Position numbers and translations under genes: made by a program. The notes below the pieces were generated by a model. It had not been told where the DNA came from. It searched no databases and saw nothing but the letters and a program-made list of their open reading frames with translations. DNA of 64,000 nt from Octopus sinensis. Taxonomy: Eukaryota. Below are positions 13,789 to 25,930 of this stretch, piece by piece. How positions within the stretch are numbered: position 1 is the first letter of the stretch; every line of letters starts with the position of its first letter. The stretch covers positions 7,750,001-7,814,000 of the forward strand of contig NC_043023.1 of assembly GCF_006345805.1 (NCBI RefSeq). The letters run 5' to 3'.

Positions 13789-14190
13789 GTCCGTCTCATT
13801 GGAAAATCTAAGAATAATGTAACAGGTCTATTAACTAACAATTGTGTAGCCAAGTCGGACAAGAATACACAATACAGAATCCTTAAAGCTGGCTGTGGAG
13901 ATGGGTTTATATTCCACTCAGACGATGGCTTCACTACAGATGGTTCGACAATTACAAGTCCATTCTTCCGAATGTTTAAATTGATGAATTCTGATAGACT
14001 CACCTTCCAGTGCACGTTCACCATCTGCAACGGTCACTGCGATGGAAACAGCTGCTTGAAGCAACGATTCAAGCGTGACGCTCCGCAACTCTCTGGAGAC
14101 CTGTTTAATGTTGATGACGATCCTGACGCCGCTGACAATGAAACGACTGAAGCTATGACCTCCACCTATGACCTGCAGCAAGAGACGTAG
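13789..14190 (+). CDS. ZP-domain secreted protein, coding exon 3 (ZP-C, furin site RFKR, stop)
   Basis: Acceptor TTTTCTCTCTTTTGCAG|GTC is phase 0. It encodes six Cys in the molluscan ZP-C pattern (NNC...AGCGDG...FTT.G..ITSPFFRMF...FQCTFTICNGHCDGNSC), then KQRFKR, with TAG at 14188-14190. Confidence 0.88.
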   Translation, partial: VRLIGKSKNNVTGLLTNNCVAKSDKNTQYRILKAGCGDGFIFHSDDGFTTDGSTITSPFFRMFKLMNSDRLTFQCTFTICNGHCDGNSCLKQRFKRDAPQLSGDLFNVDDDPDAADNETTEAMTSTYDLQQET

Positions 14191-14214
14191 CATAATGCTA
14201 CTAATACAGCTGAT

Positions 14215-14221
14215 AGTAAAG

Positions 14222-14263
<42 letters not shown>

Positions 14264-14671
14264 TCAATAATAATAATAATAATAATAATGATGATGATAA
14301 AGATGATGATGATCATAATAATTATAATAATAATAATAATAATAATAGTAATAATAATAATTTAAATTAATAATAATAATAATAATGATAATAATAATGA
14401 TAATAATAATAATAGTAATGATAATACTAATAATAAAAATTAAAAATAATAATAATAAAAATAATAACAATTATAATAATAATAATATAATGATAATAAT
14501 AATGATAATAATAATAATAGTAATGATAATACTAATAATAAAAATTAAAAATAATAATAATAAAAATAATAACAATTATAATAATAATAATAATAATGAT
14601 AATAATAATAGTAATGATAATACTAATAATAAAAATTTTAAAATTATAATAAAAATAATAACAATTATGAA

Positions 14672-14703
<32 letters not shown>

Positions 14704-14737
14704 TGATGATGATGATGATGATGATGAAGATGATGAT

Positions 14738-14779
<42 letters not shown>

Positions 14780-14845
14780 TTAAATTAATAATAATAATAA
14801 TATTAATAATAATAATTTAAATTAATAATAATAATAATAATAATA

Positions 14846-14892
<47 letters not shown>

Positions 14893-14953
14893 TATAATAA
14901 TAATAATGATGATGATGATAATAATGATGATGATGATGAAGATGATGATGATC

Positions 14954-14999
<46 letters not shown>

Positions 15000-15428
15000 T
15001 AATATTAATAATAATGATAATAATAACAATAATGTTATTAATAATGATGATGATGATGATGAAGATGATGAGGATGGTTTCTGATTTCAGCACAAGGCCG
15101 CAGTTTTGAAGGGAGTGGGTTAGTCAATGACTGTACTTAGGCTGGTGGTATCAACTAACTGCCCCACCCCTCAAAACAGCTGTACTTCTGTCTTAACCAG
15201 GAAGAATAATATCCTTTCTACTAAAGGCACAAGGCCTGAAATTTTAGGGGTGGGAATTTATCGACTTCATCCCCCTCCCCCATTACGTAACTGGTACTTA
15301 ATTTATCGACCCTGAGAGAACGAAAGGCAAAGCTAACTTTGGTGGAATTTGAACTCAGATCATAAAGATGGATGGAATGCCTCTAAGCATTTCATCCAGT
15401 GTGCTAACGGTTCTGTCAGCTCGGCACC

Positions 15429-15474
<46 letters not shown>

Positions 15475-15659
15475 TAATAATCATAATAATGATAATAACA
15501 ATAATAATATTGATGATGATGATGATGATGATAATAATAATAATAAGAAGAAGAATGATGATGATGATGATAATAATAATAACAACAACAACAACAATAA
15601 TAGTAATATTAATAATAATAAAAATAATGATTATGATAATAATAACAATAGTAATAATT

Positions 15660-15690
<31 letters not shown>

Positions 15691-15823
15691 CAACAATAAT
15701 AATATTGATGATGATGATGATGATGATGATGATGACGACGACGATGATGATGATAATAATAACAACAACAACAATAATAGTAATAATGATAATAAGAAGA
15801 AGAATAGCAACAACAACAATAAT

Positions 15824-15854
<31 letters not shown>

Positions 15855-15856
15855 GC

Positions 15857-15887
<31 letters not shown>

Positions 15888-16124
15888 GCAACAACAACAA
15901 CAACAACAACAATAATAATAATAAAAATGGTTTTAAATTTTGCCAAAGGGTGACAGTTTTGTGGGAAGGGATAAGTCGATTTCACTGACCCTCAAATGTT
16001 TCATTGGTACTTGTTTTATCAACCCTGAAATGATGAAAGGCGACCACAGCAGAATTTGAACTCACAACGAAATGCCATGGAGGACTTTGCCTGGCATACT
16101 AATGATTCTGCCAGCTCCCTATCT

Positions 16125-16196
<72 letters not shown>

Positions 16197-16293
16197 TTAC
16201 TAATAATAATAGTAATAATTATTATTATTATTATTATTATAATAATAATAATTATAATAATAATAATAATAATAATAATTATAATAAAAATAA

Positions 16294-16331
<38 letters not shown>

Positions 16332-16468
16332 GTAATAATAATAATAAAATAATCATTATTATTATAATAATAATAATAATAATAATTATAATGAAAATAA
16401 AAATAATAATAATAATAATAATAATGATAATAATAATAATAATAACGATAATGATAATGATAATGATG

Positions 16469-16512
<44 letters not shown>

Positions 16513-16513
16513 A

Positions 16514-16564
<51 letters not shown>

Positions 16565-16572
16565 AAATAATA

Positions 16573-16647
<75 letters not shown>

Positions 16648-16660
16648 TAATAATAAGTTA
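14215..16660. repeat. Compound (AAT)n/(GAT)n/(AAC)n microsatellite field with two decayed SINE-B-like inserts
   Basis: Trinucleotide runs are directly visible. SINE-like pieces lie on the minus strand at ~15220-15430 and ~15925-16110. Confidence 0.92.
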
Positions 16661-17225
16661 TCATGTACATTGTTTTGTCTGTTATCATGTACATTGTTTT
16701 GTCGGTTATCATGTACATTGTTTTGTCTGTTATCATGTACATTGTTTTGCCTTGGTATAAAAGATGGGCTACAGCAAATATTCTGCTCAATACCACAGAT
16801 TTGCTTGTCAGTTGTTTGACCTTAACCAGTTGAGCATGTCCCTTAGTGGCTGACGATATGTGCATCTCTGATCACGAGCAGAAGTAGTGGGGGAGCATCA
16901 TAGCCATGTGTTGAAAGGGATTCTTTGGGGTTTGAATAGTTCACCTCTGGAAACATGGGTGGTTCTTTCAACATCCTTAAACAACCCTTATTCAGGGACC
17001 GTTTGAGCGGGATGGGCTACTCAACCTGAAGAAAATTCTAACTGGGCCCCACCTGCAAGGTCATGTGCTGTTTATCTTGATATGAGATCACCATGTCGCG
17101 CACATATGGTTGTGATGCATGTGCCTGGTGTACCTTATCAGACGGGTAGTCATGATGGGTATATTGGGCTTCGTATATTTTACCCCAGTGTCACTTTGAT
17201 GGCATGAACTGCTCTCTCACTCAAT
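16659..17225 (+). mobile_element. Retro-element 3' fragment preceded by 4 x 24-bp repeats, ending in an (AAT)n tail
   Basis: GTTATCATGTACATTGTTTTGTC(T/G) x4, then unique sequence running into CTCTCACTC(AAT)n. The family was not identified. Confidence 0.5.
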
Positions 17226-17271
17226 AATAATAATAATAATATTAATAATGATAATGATAATGATAATGATG

Positions 17272-17326
<55 letters not shown>

Positions 17327-17349
17327 TAATAGTAATAGTAATAATAATG

Positions 17350-17403
<54 letters not shown>

Positions 17404-17563
17404 GGAATAGCAATGACTAAGGTTTTTCTGTCTACCTCTCACTGGCACCCTCAATTGTTTCTTTTTCCTTAATCCTTTCAGCCTTTTTTTTTTCAAAATA
17501 GACAAAGACTTAGGTGAGCTCTGTCCCACTACCACACACACCATAATACACATCTCAGCACCC

Positions 17564-18041
17564 TTAACCCTTTCGTTACCAACCCAGCTGAAACTGGCTC
17601 TGGCTCTGAGTACAAATGTCTTGTTTTCATAAGTTTTGAATTAAAATCTTCCACCAAACCTTAGTCACAATTTATGTTCCTAACACTAGCTGAATGATAA
17701 CTAAGTTATTTTACAAAATTCCTTGTTATATTTAAAATTAATTGAAAGAAACACAGAACATCTCAACAGAAATATGGTAACAAAAGGGTTAAAGTCACCA
17801 TGATATTTTTATCCCTTTTGATATCAACCCAGCTGAAACCAGCTCTGGCGCTGTTGTACAAATGTCTTGTTTTCATAAGTTTTGAATTAATAAAATCTTC
17901 CACCAAACCTTAGTCACAGTTTATATTCCTAACACAAGCTGAATAATAACTAAGTTATTTTACTAAATTCTTTGTTATATTTAAAATTAATTGAAAGAAA
18001 CTCAGAGCATCTTAACAGAAATATGGTAACAAAAGGGTTAA
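17564..18041. mobile_element. Two adjacent piggyBac-like MITEs (~225 bp each)
   Basis: TTAA|CCCTTTCGTTACC ... GGTAACAAAAGGG|TTAA termini. Further copies lie at ~44967-45195 and ~45219-45450. Confidence 0.8.
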
Positions 18042-18071
18042 AGATCCCCATTTATGCATTTTGTGTAGTAC

Positions 18072-18232
18072 CAGGAGTGGCTGTGTGGTAAGTAGCTTGT
18101 CTACCAACCGCATGGTTCCGGGTTCAGTCCCACTGCGTGGCATCTTGGGCAAGTGTCTTCTGCTATAGCCCCGGGCCGACCAATGCCTTGTGAGTGGATT
18201 TGGTAGACGGAAACTGAAAGAAACCTGTCGTA

Positions 18233-18281
<49 letters not shown>

Positions 18282-18784
18282 TTGTGTGTCTGTGTTTGTA
18301 CCCCTAGCATTGCTTGACAACCGATGCTGGTGTGTTTATGTCCCCGTCACTTAGCGGTTCGGCAAAAGAGACCGATAGAATAAGTACTGGGATTACAAAA
18401 GAATAAGTCCCGGGATCGAGTTGCTCGATTAAAGGCGGTGCTCCAGCATGGCCGCAGCCAAATGACTGAAACAAGTAAAAAGAGAAAAAAAAGAGAAAGA
18501 GTAACAGATACAAGCAACATCTCTTGGTACTGCACGGAAATGAAATGTGGTACCCTGTACCTTGGACACTGGCATAGTATTCTTTTATTCTTTTATTCGT
18601 TTCAGGCATTTGATTGCGGCCATGCTGGAGCACCAGCTTTTAGTCGAGCAAATCGACCCCAGGACTTATTCTTTGGAAGCTAAATTACGGGGACGTAAAC
18701 ACACCAGCATCGATTGTCAAGTGATGTTGGGGGGACAAACACAGATACAGAAACGTATACACACACATACATACATTCATATAT

Positions 18785-18830
<46 letters not shown>

Positions 18831-18862
18831 TACATATATATATATATACATATATACCATAC

Positions 18863-18916
<54 letters not shown>

Positions 18917-19114
18917 GACGGGCTTCTTTCAGTTTCCGTCTACCAAATCCACTCACAAGTAGCTTGCTTCCAACCACATGGTTCCGGGTTAGTCCCACTG
19001 CATGGCACCTTGGGCAAATGTCTTCTACTATAGCCAACCAAAACCTTGTGAGTGGATTTGGTAGACGGAAACTGAAAGAATCCCGTCGTATATATGTATA
19101 TATATATATACATA

Positions 19115-19156
<42 letters not shown>

Positions 19157-19932
19157 ATATGTATGTATATATGTATGTGTATGTGTATATGTTTGTGTGA
19201 CTGTGTTTGTCCCTCCCCTACCAACATCGCTTAACAACTGATGCTTGTGTGTTTACGGCCCTGTAACTTAACGGTTCGGCAAAAGAGACCGATAGAATAA
19301 GTACTAGGCTTACAAAGAATAAGTCTTGAGGTCGATTTGCTTGACTAAAGGTGGTGCTCCAGCATGGCTGCAACCAAACAACAGAAGCAAATAAAAGAGT
19401 AAAAGATTAATAAAAGAATATTTATCACCAAGGCAATTTGCATGATTTAAATAAAAATGAGCTGAGAGAAAACACACTCAGAGTAGCCAGTATCTTATGT
19501 TTCAACAACATAGACGAATACAGGCGCAGGAGTGGCTGTGTGGTAAGTAGCTTGCTAACCAACCACATGGTTCCGGGTTCAGTCCCACTGCGTGGCATCT
19601 TGGGCAAGTGTCTTCTGCTATAGCCCCGGGCCGACCAATGCCTTGTGAGTGGATTTGGTAGACGGAAACTGAAAAGAAGCCCGTCGTATATATGTATATA
19701 TATATATATGTATGTGTGTGTTTGTGTCTCTGTGTTTGTCCTCCTAGCATTGCTTGACAACCGATGCTGGTGTGTTTACATCCCCGTCACTTAGCGGTTC
19801 GGCAAAAGAGACCGATAGAATAAGTACTGGGCTTACAAAAGAATAAGACCCGGGGTCGATTTGCTCGACTAAAAGGTGGTGCTCCAGCATGGCCGCAGTC
19901 AAATGACTGAAACAAGTAAAAGAGTAAAAGAG
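18072..19932. mobile_element. Cluster of four SINE-A copies (+, -, +, +)
   Basis: Copies at ~18072-18500 (+), ~18590-18965 (-), ~18955-19410 (+) and 19523-19932 (+). Confidence 0.9.
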
Positions 19933-19993
19933 AATATCATATACTGTACAACATAAATTTGTGATTTATCAAAATTATCTCTGCCTCAAGAGC

Positions 19994-21365
19994 AGGGGTT
20001 CTCAATCATTTTTTATCTATAGACCCCTTTGAGTACTATCATGTTCTGGTGGACCCTTATAGCCATTTGATGTTTAACCCTTTAGTGTTCGCATTATTCT
20101 GCCAAAGTTAATCCTTTTTTATCCACATTGTTTTGAACTAATCAGGCATTATCTTGTAGCTGTGAGATTTTGATGAGGTAGCTGTACATTTTTAAAGCGA
20201 TATTGTAGGGTTGGTTTGAGAGACCAGATCTGGCCAGGTTGAACATAAAACAGGCAGAATATTTTTGGCCGGATATGGCCAGTTTAAATGCTAAAGGGTT
20301 AAGAACTAGTTTTACAGACACTCCTTTCAAAATCCCTTTTTTTTTTTTTTCAAACATTAACTTGTGTAGGAACCTAGCTGTTTCCTGCAATAAAGCCATC
20401 TGAAATAAATTTTTTTCATGGACCCTTAATGTACTACCACCTTGTTTGGACCCCCTTTGATTACTATTTTATTTTGGTGGACCCCCCCCCCCCATATAAC
20501 CATTCAAACTTTAAAAGCTAGTTTCATAGAAACTTCTTTCAAAATTCCTATTTTGTTTTTCAAACATTAACTTGTGTAGGAACCTAGCTGTTTCTTGATC
20601 TGAAATAAAAATTTTTTCATGAACCCTTAACATACTACCATAGATCCCCATTTACTATTTTGCATGTGTGGACCCCCTTAGCCATTTGATGTTTAAAAAC
20701 TAGTTTTATAGACACTCCTTTCAAAATCCCTTTTTTTTTTTTTTTCAAACATTAACTTGTGTAGGAACCTAGCTGTTTCTTGATCTGAAATAAAAATTTT
20801 TCATTGACCCTTAATATACTACCACCTTGTTTGGACCCCCTTTGATTACTATTTTATTTTGGTGGACCCCCCCCCCCCATATAACCATTCAAACTTTAAA
20901 AGCTAGTTTCATAGAAACCTCTTTCAAAATTCCTATTTTGTTTATCACACATTAACTTTTCCAGGTTGAACTATGTAAAATGTTAGAGAAAGGAACCTAG
21001 CTGGTTTTTGTTTTTTTTTGCATTACATCTAAACTAAAAATTTTTTCATGAACCCTTAACATACTACCATAGATCCCCAATTTACTATTTTGCATGTGTG
21101 GACCCCCTTAGCCATTTGATGTTTAAAAACTAGTTTTATAGACACTCCTTTCAAAATTCCTATTTTGCTTTTCACACATTAGCTTTTGTAGGTTGAACTG
21201 TGTAAAACATTTGAGAAAGAAACCTAACTGTTTCTTGCAATACATACAAATACATACATCTAAAGTAAAAATTTTTTTCGGGGTCCCTTAAAATACTATT
21301 GAGGGTCCCCAATTTACTAGTTTGTTGTATGGACCCTCCAAAATCTTATACAGACCCTCAGGGTC
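19994..21365. repeat. Degenerate tandem ~250-430-bp repeats in an hAT-like element
   Basis: Starts CAGGGGTTCTCAA. GCCATTTGATGTTTAA, GGACCCC and AACCTAGCTGTTTC recur. Confidence 0.65.
20078..20298. mobile_element. piggyBac-like MITE with TTAA target-site duplication
   Basis: TTAA (20074-77) CCCTTTAG ... CTAAAGGG TTAA (20299-302). Paralogous repeat units nearby carry a single empty TTAA. Confidence 0.85.
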
Positions 21366-21692
21366 TACACAACGTATCCTAATTGCCAACTGACAATTAT
21401 AAACTTGTTCCATCTGAGAAGGGGAGATGATGTTGAGAATCAAGAATTTTTGAAAGATGAGACGCCATTAAGGAAAAGAAAGGTTGACGGCTACTGAGGC
21501 AGAAATATATGGAGACACTTGTCCACAACTGTCCTCATATCTCTAGACAATAAGCCTGTTTGATGTTTATTTGTTTTGATGTTTACTTGTCCTGATGAAT
21601 AATTTGTTCAATATGTTACAGCATAAATATATTTCTATATATGCATCTATGTGTATACTTACATGTGTGTTGGATGGTTTGCTGTCACTGAC

Positions 21693-21890
21693 GTAACTGC
21701 ATACAGTTTACGAAACAGCTATCAACAAATGGAATAAACATTTTTTCTCTCATTCCTCTTATTTTGTTAATTATTGTGTTGGATGGTTTGCTGTAACTGA
21801 CGTAACTGCATACAGTTTACGAAACAGCTATCAACAAATGGAATAAACATTTTTTCTCTCATTCCTCTTATTTTGTTAATTATTGTAAAT
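21693..21890. repeat. ~110-bp direct tandem duplication
   Basis: TGTGTTGGATGGTTTGCTGT...TTGTTAATTATTG occurs twice; the first copy begins slightly upstream of the start coordinate given. Confidence 0.8.
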
Positions 21891-21989
21891 GCTCCACTGT
21901 TGTGATTCCTGGATTTTCAGAATGACAATGATGTTAAAACCTTGCCTCATTCACTGTTTTTCTTGATAGCGGCACAACAGGGGGAGAGG

Positions 21990-22335
21990 TTTCATCATGG
22001 GTGCTAAAATTGATTGAACATTAGAAGGCATCCTTGAGAAAAATAACTGTTTGACGAATGATTGACCTTCATGTGAACTATCGGTCAGTTCCCAGGTCTT
22101 TCGCAAAAACTCGGTGAGGGTTCGATCCCCGAGATGCTCGTCTCGCAAGGGTGTGCAAAATTAATTTTAGCAGAAGGAGAGTTGCATTTGAGAACTTCAG
22201 TTTTGAAGGATTCATCTGTCATGTCAGATGGAATTCCTGTCATCATATCGTGGACTGAGAGTGCAAGAGGAGAAGGAATACCCGTGAGTGCAATGTGGAA
22301 CTTGCTCTGAGCCGACTGAATATTTGAGGGACCTT
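21990..22335 (-). pseudogene. Frameshifted Ty3/Gypsy-type gag fragment
   Basis: HLGDRTLTEFLRK...VKQLFFSRMPSNVQSILA resembles the LGDRKPSxxL...LFLQRLPxxVQxIL gag motif. The upstream part is in another frame. Confidence 0.65.
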
Positions 22336-22519
22336 CGAACATTAGGCCTCACCAAGGAAATGACTGTGCTTGAGAAGACCCGGCAAGCCAAATGAGACCA
22401 TAACCTGTGGCCTATGCCAGGGGTGTAACCAGCCCACTTATGCATACCTTTCCTTCATTGGACACTAAACTCTGCTTGCGAAGACCTGTTGAGGCAAATG
22501 AAATCAAAATCAAAATCAA

Positions 22520-23038
22520 TTCGATGACTGGCATCCATGCTAGCGGGATGCAAAGAGCACCATACGAATGTGATCGTTGACAGAGCAGCTAACCAGCTTC
22601 TGTGCCAGTGACACATAAAAGTGCATCATTTGAGTATGATCATTACCAGCGTTGCCTTACTGGCACTTGTGCATGTGCTAGTAGGGTGCTAATCTGAGCC
22701 AACTGGCTTCCATACCCATGGCACGTAAAAGGACACCATTCAAGTGTGATCGTTACCAACATCGCTTCACTGGCACCTGTGCCGGTGGCACATGTAAAAA
22801 GATTTGAGCGAGGTCGTTGCCAGTACCGTCTGACTGGCCCCCATGCCGGTGGCACATAAAAAGCACCCACTACACTCTCGGAGTGGTTGGCATTAGGAAG
22901 GGCATCCAGCTGTAGAAACTCTGCCAGATCAAGATTGGAGCCTGGTGCAGCCATCTGGTTCACCAGCCCTCAGTCAAAATCGTCCAACCCATGCTAGCAT
23001 GGAAAGCGGACGTTAAACATTGATAATGATGATGATGT
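22520..23038 (+). mobile_element. Family D retro-element (RTE-like 3' tail)
   Basis: ...GGCATTAGGAAGGGCATCCAGCTGTAGAAAC...CATGCTAGCATGGAAAGCGGACGTTAAAC followed by a (GAT)n tail. Confidence 0.8.
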
Positions 23039-23248
23039 TAAATATAACCTCTCTTAATGGAAAAGAAGAAAAATTCTCCTGGGAAGCTGTGTCTTAGAAG
23101 GACATAATTTTAATTTCTGTTGCAACAAGATGGAAAACTGATGTGTAGTTTCCGCTTAAAAACGGGGCCAAAAATTTTGGAAGGGAAGATAATATGATGA
23201 TGAGAGGGGCATCATTAGTATGTCCTTATCTGATGAATGGAGTTTTTG

Positions 23249-23807
23249 CTCTCTTCTCTTTCTCTTTTCTCTTTTACTTGTTTCAGTCATTTGACTGCGG
23301 CCATGCTGGAGCACCGCCTTTTAGTCGAGCAAATCGACACCGGGACTGATTCTTTGTAAGCCCAGTACTTATTCTATCAGTCTCTTTTGCCAAACCGCTA
23401 AGTTTACTCTTTTACTTGTTTTAGTCATTTGACTGCGGCCATGCTGGAGCACCGCCTTTTAGTCGAGCAAATCGACACCGGGACTGATTCTTCGTAAGCC
23501 CAGTACTTATTCTATCGGTCTCTTTTGCCGAACCGCTAAGTGACGGGGACGTAAACACACCAGCATCGGTTGTCAAGCAATGATAGGGGGACAAACACAG
23601 ACACACAAACATATACACACATATATATATATATACATATATACGACAGGCTTCTTTCAGTTTCCATCTACCAAATCCACACACAAGGCTTTGGTCGGCC
23701 CGAGGCTATAGCAGAAGACACTTGCCCAAGATGCCACACAGTGGGACTGAACCTGGAACCATGTGGCTGGTTAGCAAGCTACTTACCACACAGCCACTCC
23801 TGCGCCT
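23249..23807 (-). mobile_element. SINE-A with an internal duplication of its 3' region
   Basis: The 3' segment (TTTTACTTGTTT...CCGCTAAG) is present twice before the body. Confidence 0.88.
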
Positions 23808-24051
23808 ATAGACAAAATCAAAAAGGAGACTAAGGAATGCATGTATCGGCAGACTTAGAAATTCGCCTGAGAAGGGTCACCATTTTAGGAGGAATTGTGA
23901 TCTAGAACATTGGAGTTATCATTTTAGATGGTCATCATGGTGTGTGTTCTGTGTCACCATTATAGATGGTTGTGGTCTCATGTGGTGAAACCATCTAATA
24001 ACAACTTGGTTCAGAAAGCAGGAAAGAAGAAAGAACACTGTACAATGGATT

Positions 24052-24860
24052 GATCTTTTCCTTTTGAACGGCAGTTTTTAACATAATTTCTAGGTAACCA
24101 AAAAATTTAAAACTTCGTATACTGGTAGAATGTGTTTATAAAACATCATTTTCTCTTGGCTTTATTGAGAAAATTCTATAGGTTGTTACATATTTCATCT
24201 AAAATTTCTTGCATTTCGGCAATTTTAACCAATCAATTACATCCATTGACGTAAATAACATTCTGTGTATAATGAATATGTCCCTCCTTTAAGAAACAGA
24301 TTGGGTTTATTTACATTTGTGAAGAAAAAAGATACCCTTGCCCCACCCCTAACCCAAACTAACCCTAAATCTAAAATAGATTGAAATGCAATAGATCGAT
24401 ACTAGGGTTATAATTATGGGTGACAATTTCATACGACACCGCTAAGTTTTTTATAGCAGTGTCGTATGAAATTGTCACCCATAATTATAACCCTAGTATC
24501 GATCTATTGCATTTCAATCTATTTTAGATTTAGGGTTAGAGCTAGGGTTAGGGTTAGGGTTAGGGGTGGGGGAAGGGTATCTTTTTCCTTCACAAATGTA
24601 AATAAACCCAATCTGTTTCTTAAACGAGGGACATATTCATTATGCACAGAATGTTATTTACCTAAATGGATGCCAGTGATTGATTAAAATTACCGAAATG
24701 CTCGGATTTTCAGACGAAATATCTTTCAACCTATAGAATTTTCTCAATGAAGCCAAGAGAAAAAGATGTTTTATAAACACATTCTATCAGTATACGAAAT
24801 TTAAAAGTGTTTAGTTACCTAGAAATTATGTTACAAACTGCCGTTCAAAAGGAAAAGATC
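24052..24860. mobile_element. ~810-bp palindromic (tail-to-tail dimer) MITE carrying TTAGGG repeats
   Basis: Termini are GATCTTTTCCTTTTGAACGGCAGT and its reverse complement. The arms meet at a 9-nt loop (24445-53), and TAACCC/GGGTTA runs lie in both arms. Confidence 0.85.
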
Positions 24861-25071
24861 TGTTCAATGTGTATTGGCTGTTGCATGCGTTATACAAGAG
24901 CTAATGAGGTCAGGTCCTCACACGCTGCTGTCGCGATGACAAAGAGAAAGGCCTAATTGCCAGAACCTCAGAGTTATATGCTGTGCCATCTAGTGTTGAA
25001 CAATTTAGACAGCTACCATCAGGGGAGGTAACTATGCCCACAACCTTCAAGTGGATGAAAGAAAACGGATT

Positions 25072-25665
25072 GAGCTGGCAGAATCGCTAGCACGCCGGGC
25101 GAAGTGCATAGCCGTATTTCGTCTGTCGTTACGTTCCGAGTTCAAATTCCGCCGAGGTCGACTTTGCCTTAAATCCTTTCGGGGTCGATAAATTAAGTAC
25201 CAGTTGCCTACTGGGGTCGATGTAATCGACTTAATCCCTTTGTCTGTCCTTGTTTGTCCCCTCTGTGTTTATCCCCCTTGTGGGTAGTAAAGAAATAGGT
25301 ATTTTGTCTGCCGCTACATTCTGAGTTCAAATTCCGCCGAGATCGACTTTGTCTTTCACCCTTTCGGGATCGATTAAATAAGTACCAGTTATGCACTGGG
25401 GTCGATGTAATCGACTTAATCCCTTTGTCTGTCCTTGTTTGTCCTCTCTGTGTTTAGCCCCTTGTGGGTAGTAAAGAAATAGGTATTTCGTCTGATGCTA
25501 CGTTCTGAGTTCAAATTCCGCCGAGGTCAACTTTGTCGTTCATCCTTTTAAGGTCGATTAAATAAGTACCAGTTACGCACTGGGGTCGATGTAATCGACT
25601 TAATCCCTTTGTCTGTCCTTGTTTGTTCCCTCTGTGTTTAGCCCCTTGTGGGTAGTAAAGAAATA
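25072..25665 (+). mobile_element. SINE-B tandem array (head plus 2 extra ~185-bp units)
   Basis: One GAGCTGGCAGAA head, then repeats restarting at GGTATTT(C/T)GTCTG. Confidence 0.88.
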
Positions 25666-25930
25666 TATATAGCAGCAGGAAAATCTTCTTAGTCGTTAGG
25701 GTCACTATAGGTGTTAATCCAGTCCTAACAGCGGCATTTGTGGGTCTCACAGATCTGGAGGCCAAGTTCCCAGATCTGGAGGCCAAGTTCCCAGATCTGG
25801 AGGCCAAGTTCCCAGATCTGGAGGCCAAGCTCCCAGATAAACACCGATGCACAGGCTGTTATCAAACTGAGCGTGAGCCGAGGGCGAATAACATGATGGA
25901 ATAGCAATTACTCTGTCTTAGCTATCACCG

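Noticed and set aside
13918-17553. Poly-I, poly-N, poly-L and poly-Y ORFs
   Set aside because: Trinucleotide microsatellite artefacts.
19438-19760. Recurrent short ORFs such as MVPGSVPLRGILGKCLLL or GATQWDxTRNHVVG throughout the track
   Set aside because: They are the same SINE-A sequence translated at each copy.
25750-25838. Four 21-bp tandem repeats (CAGATCTGGAGGCCAAGTTCC) encoding heptad peptides
   Set aside because: A short local slippage duplication in non-genic sequence between SINEs, with no splice or ORF support.
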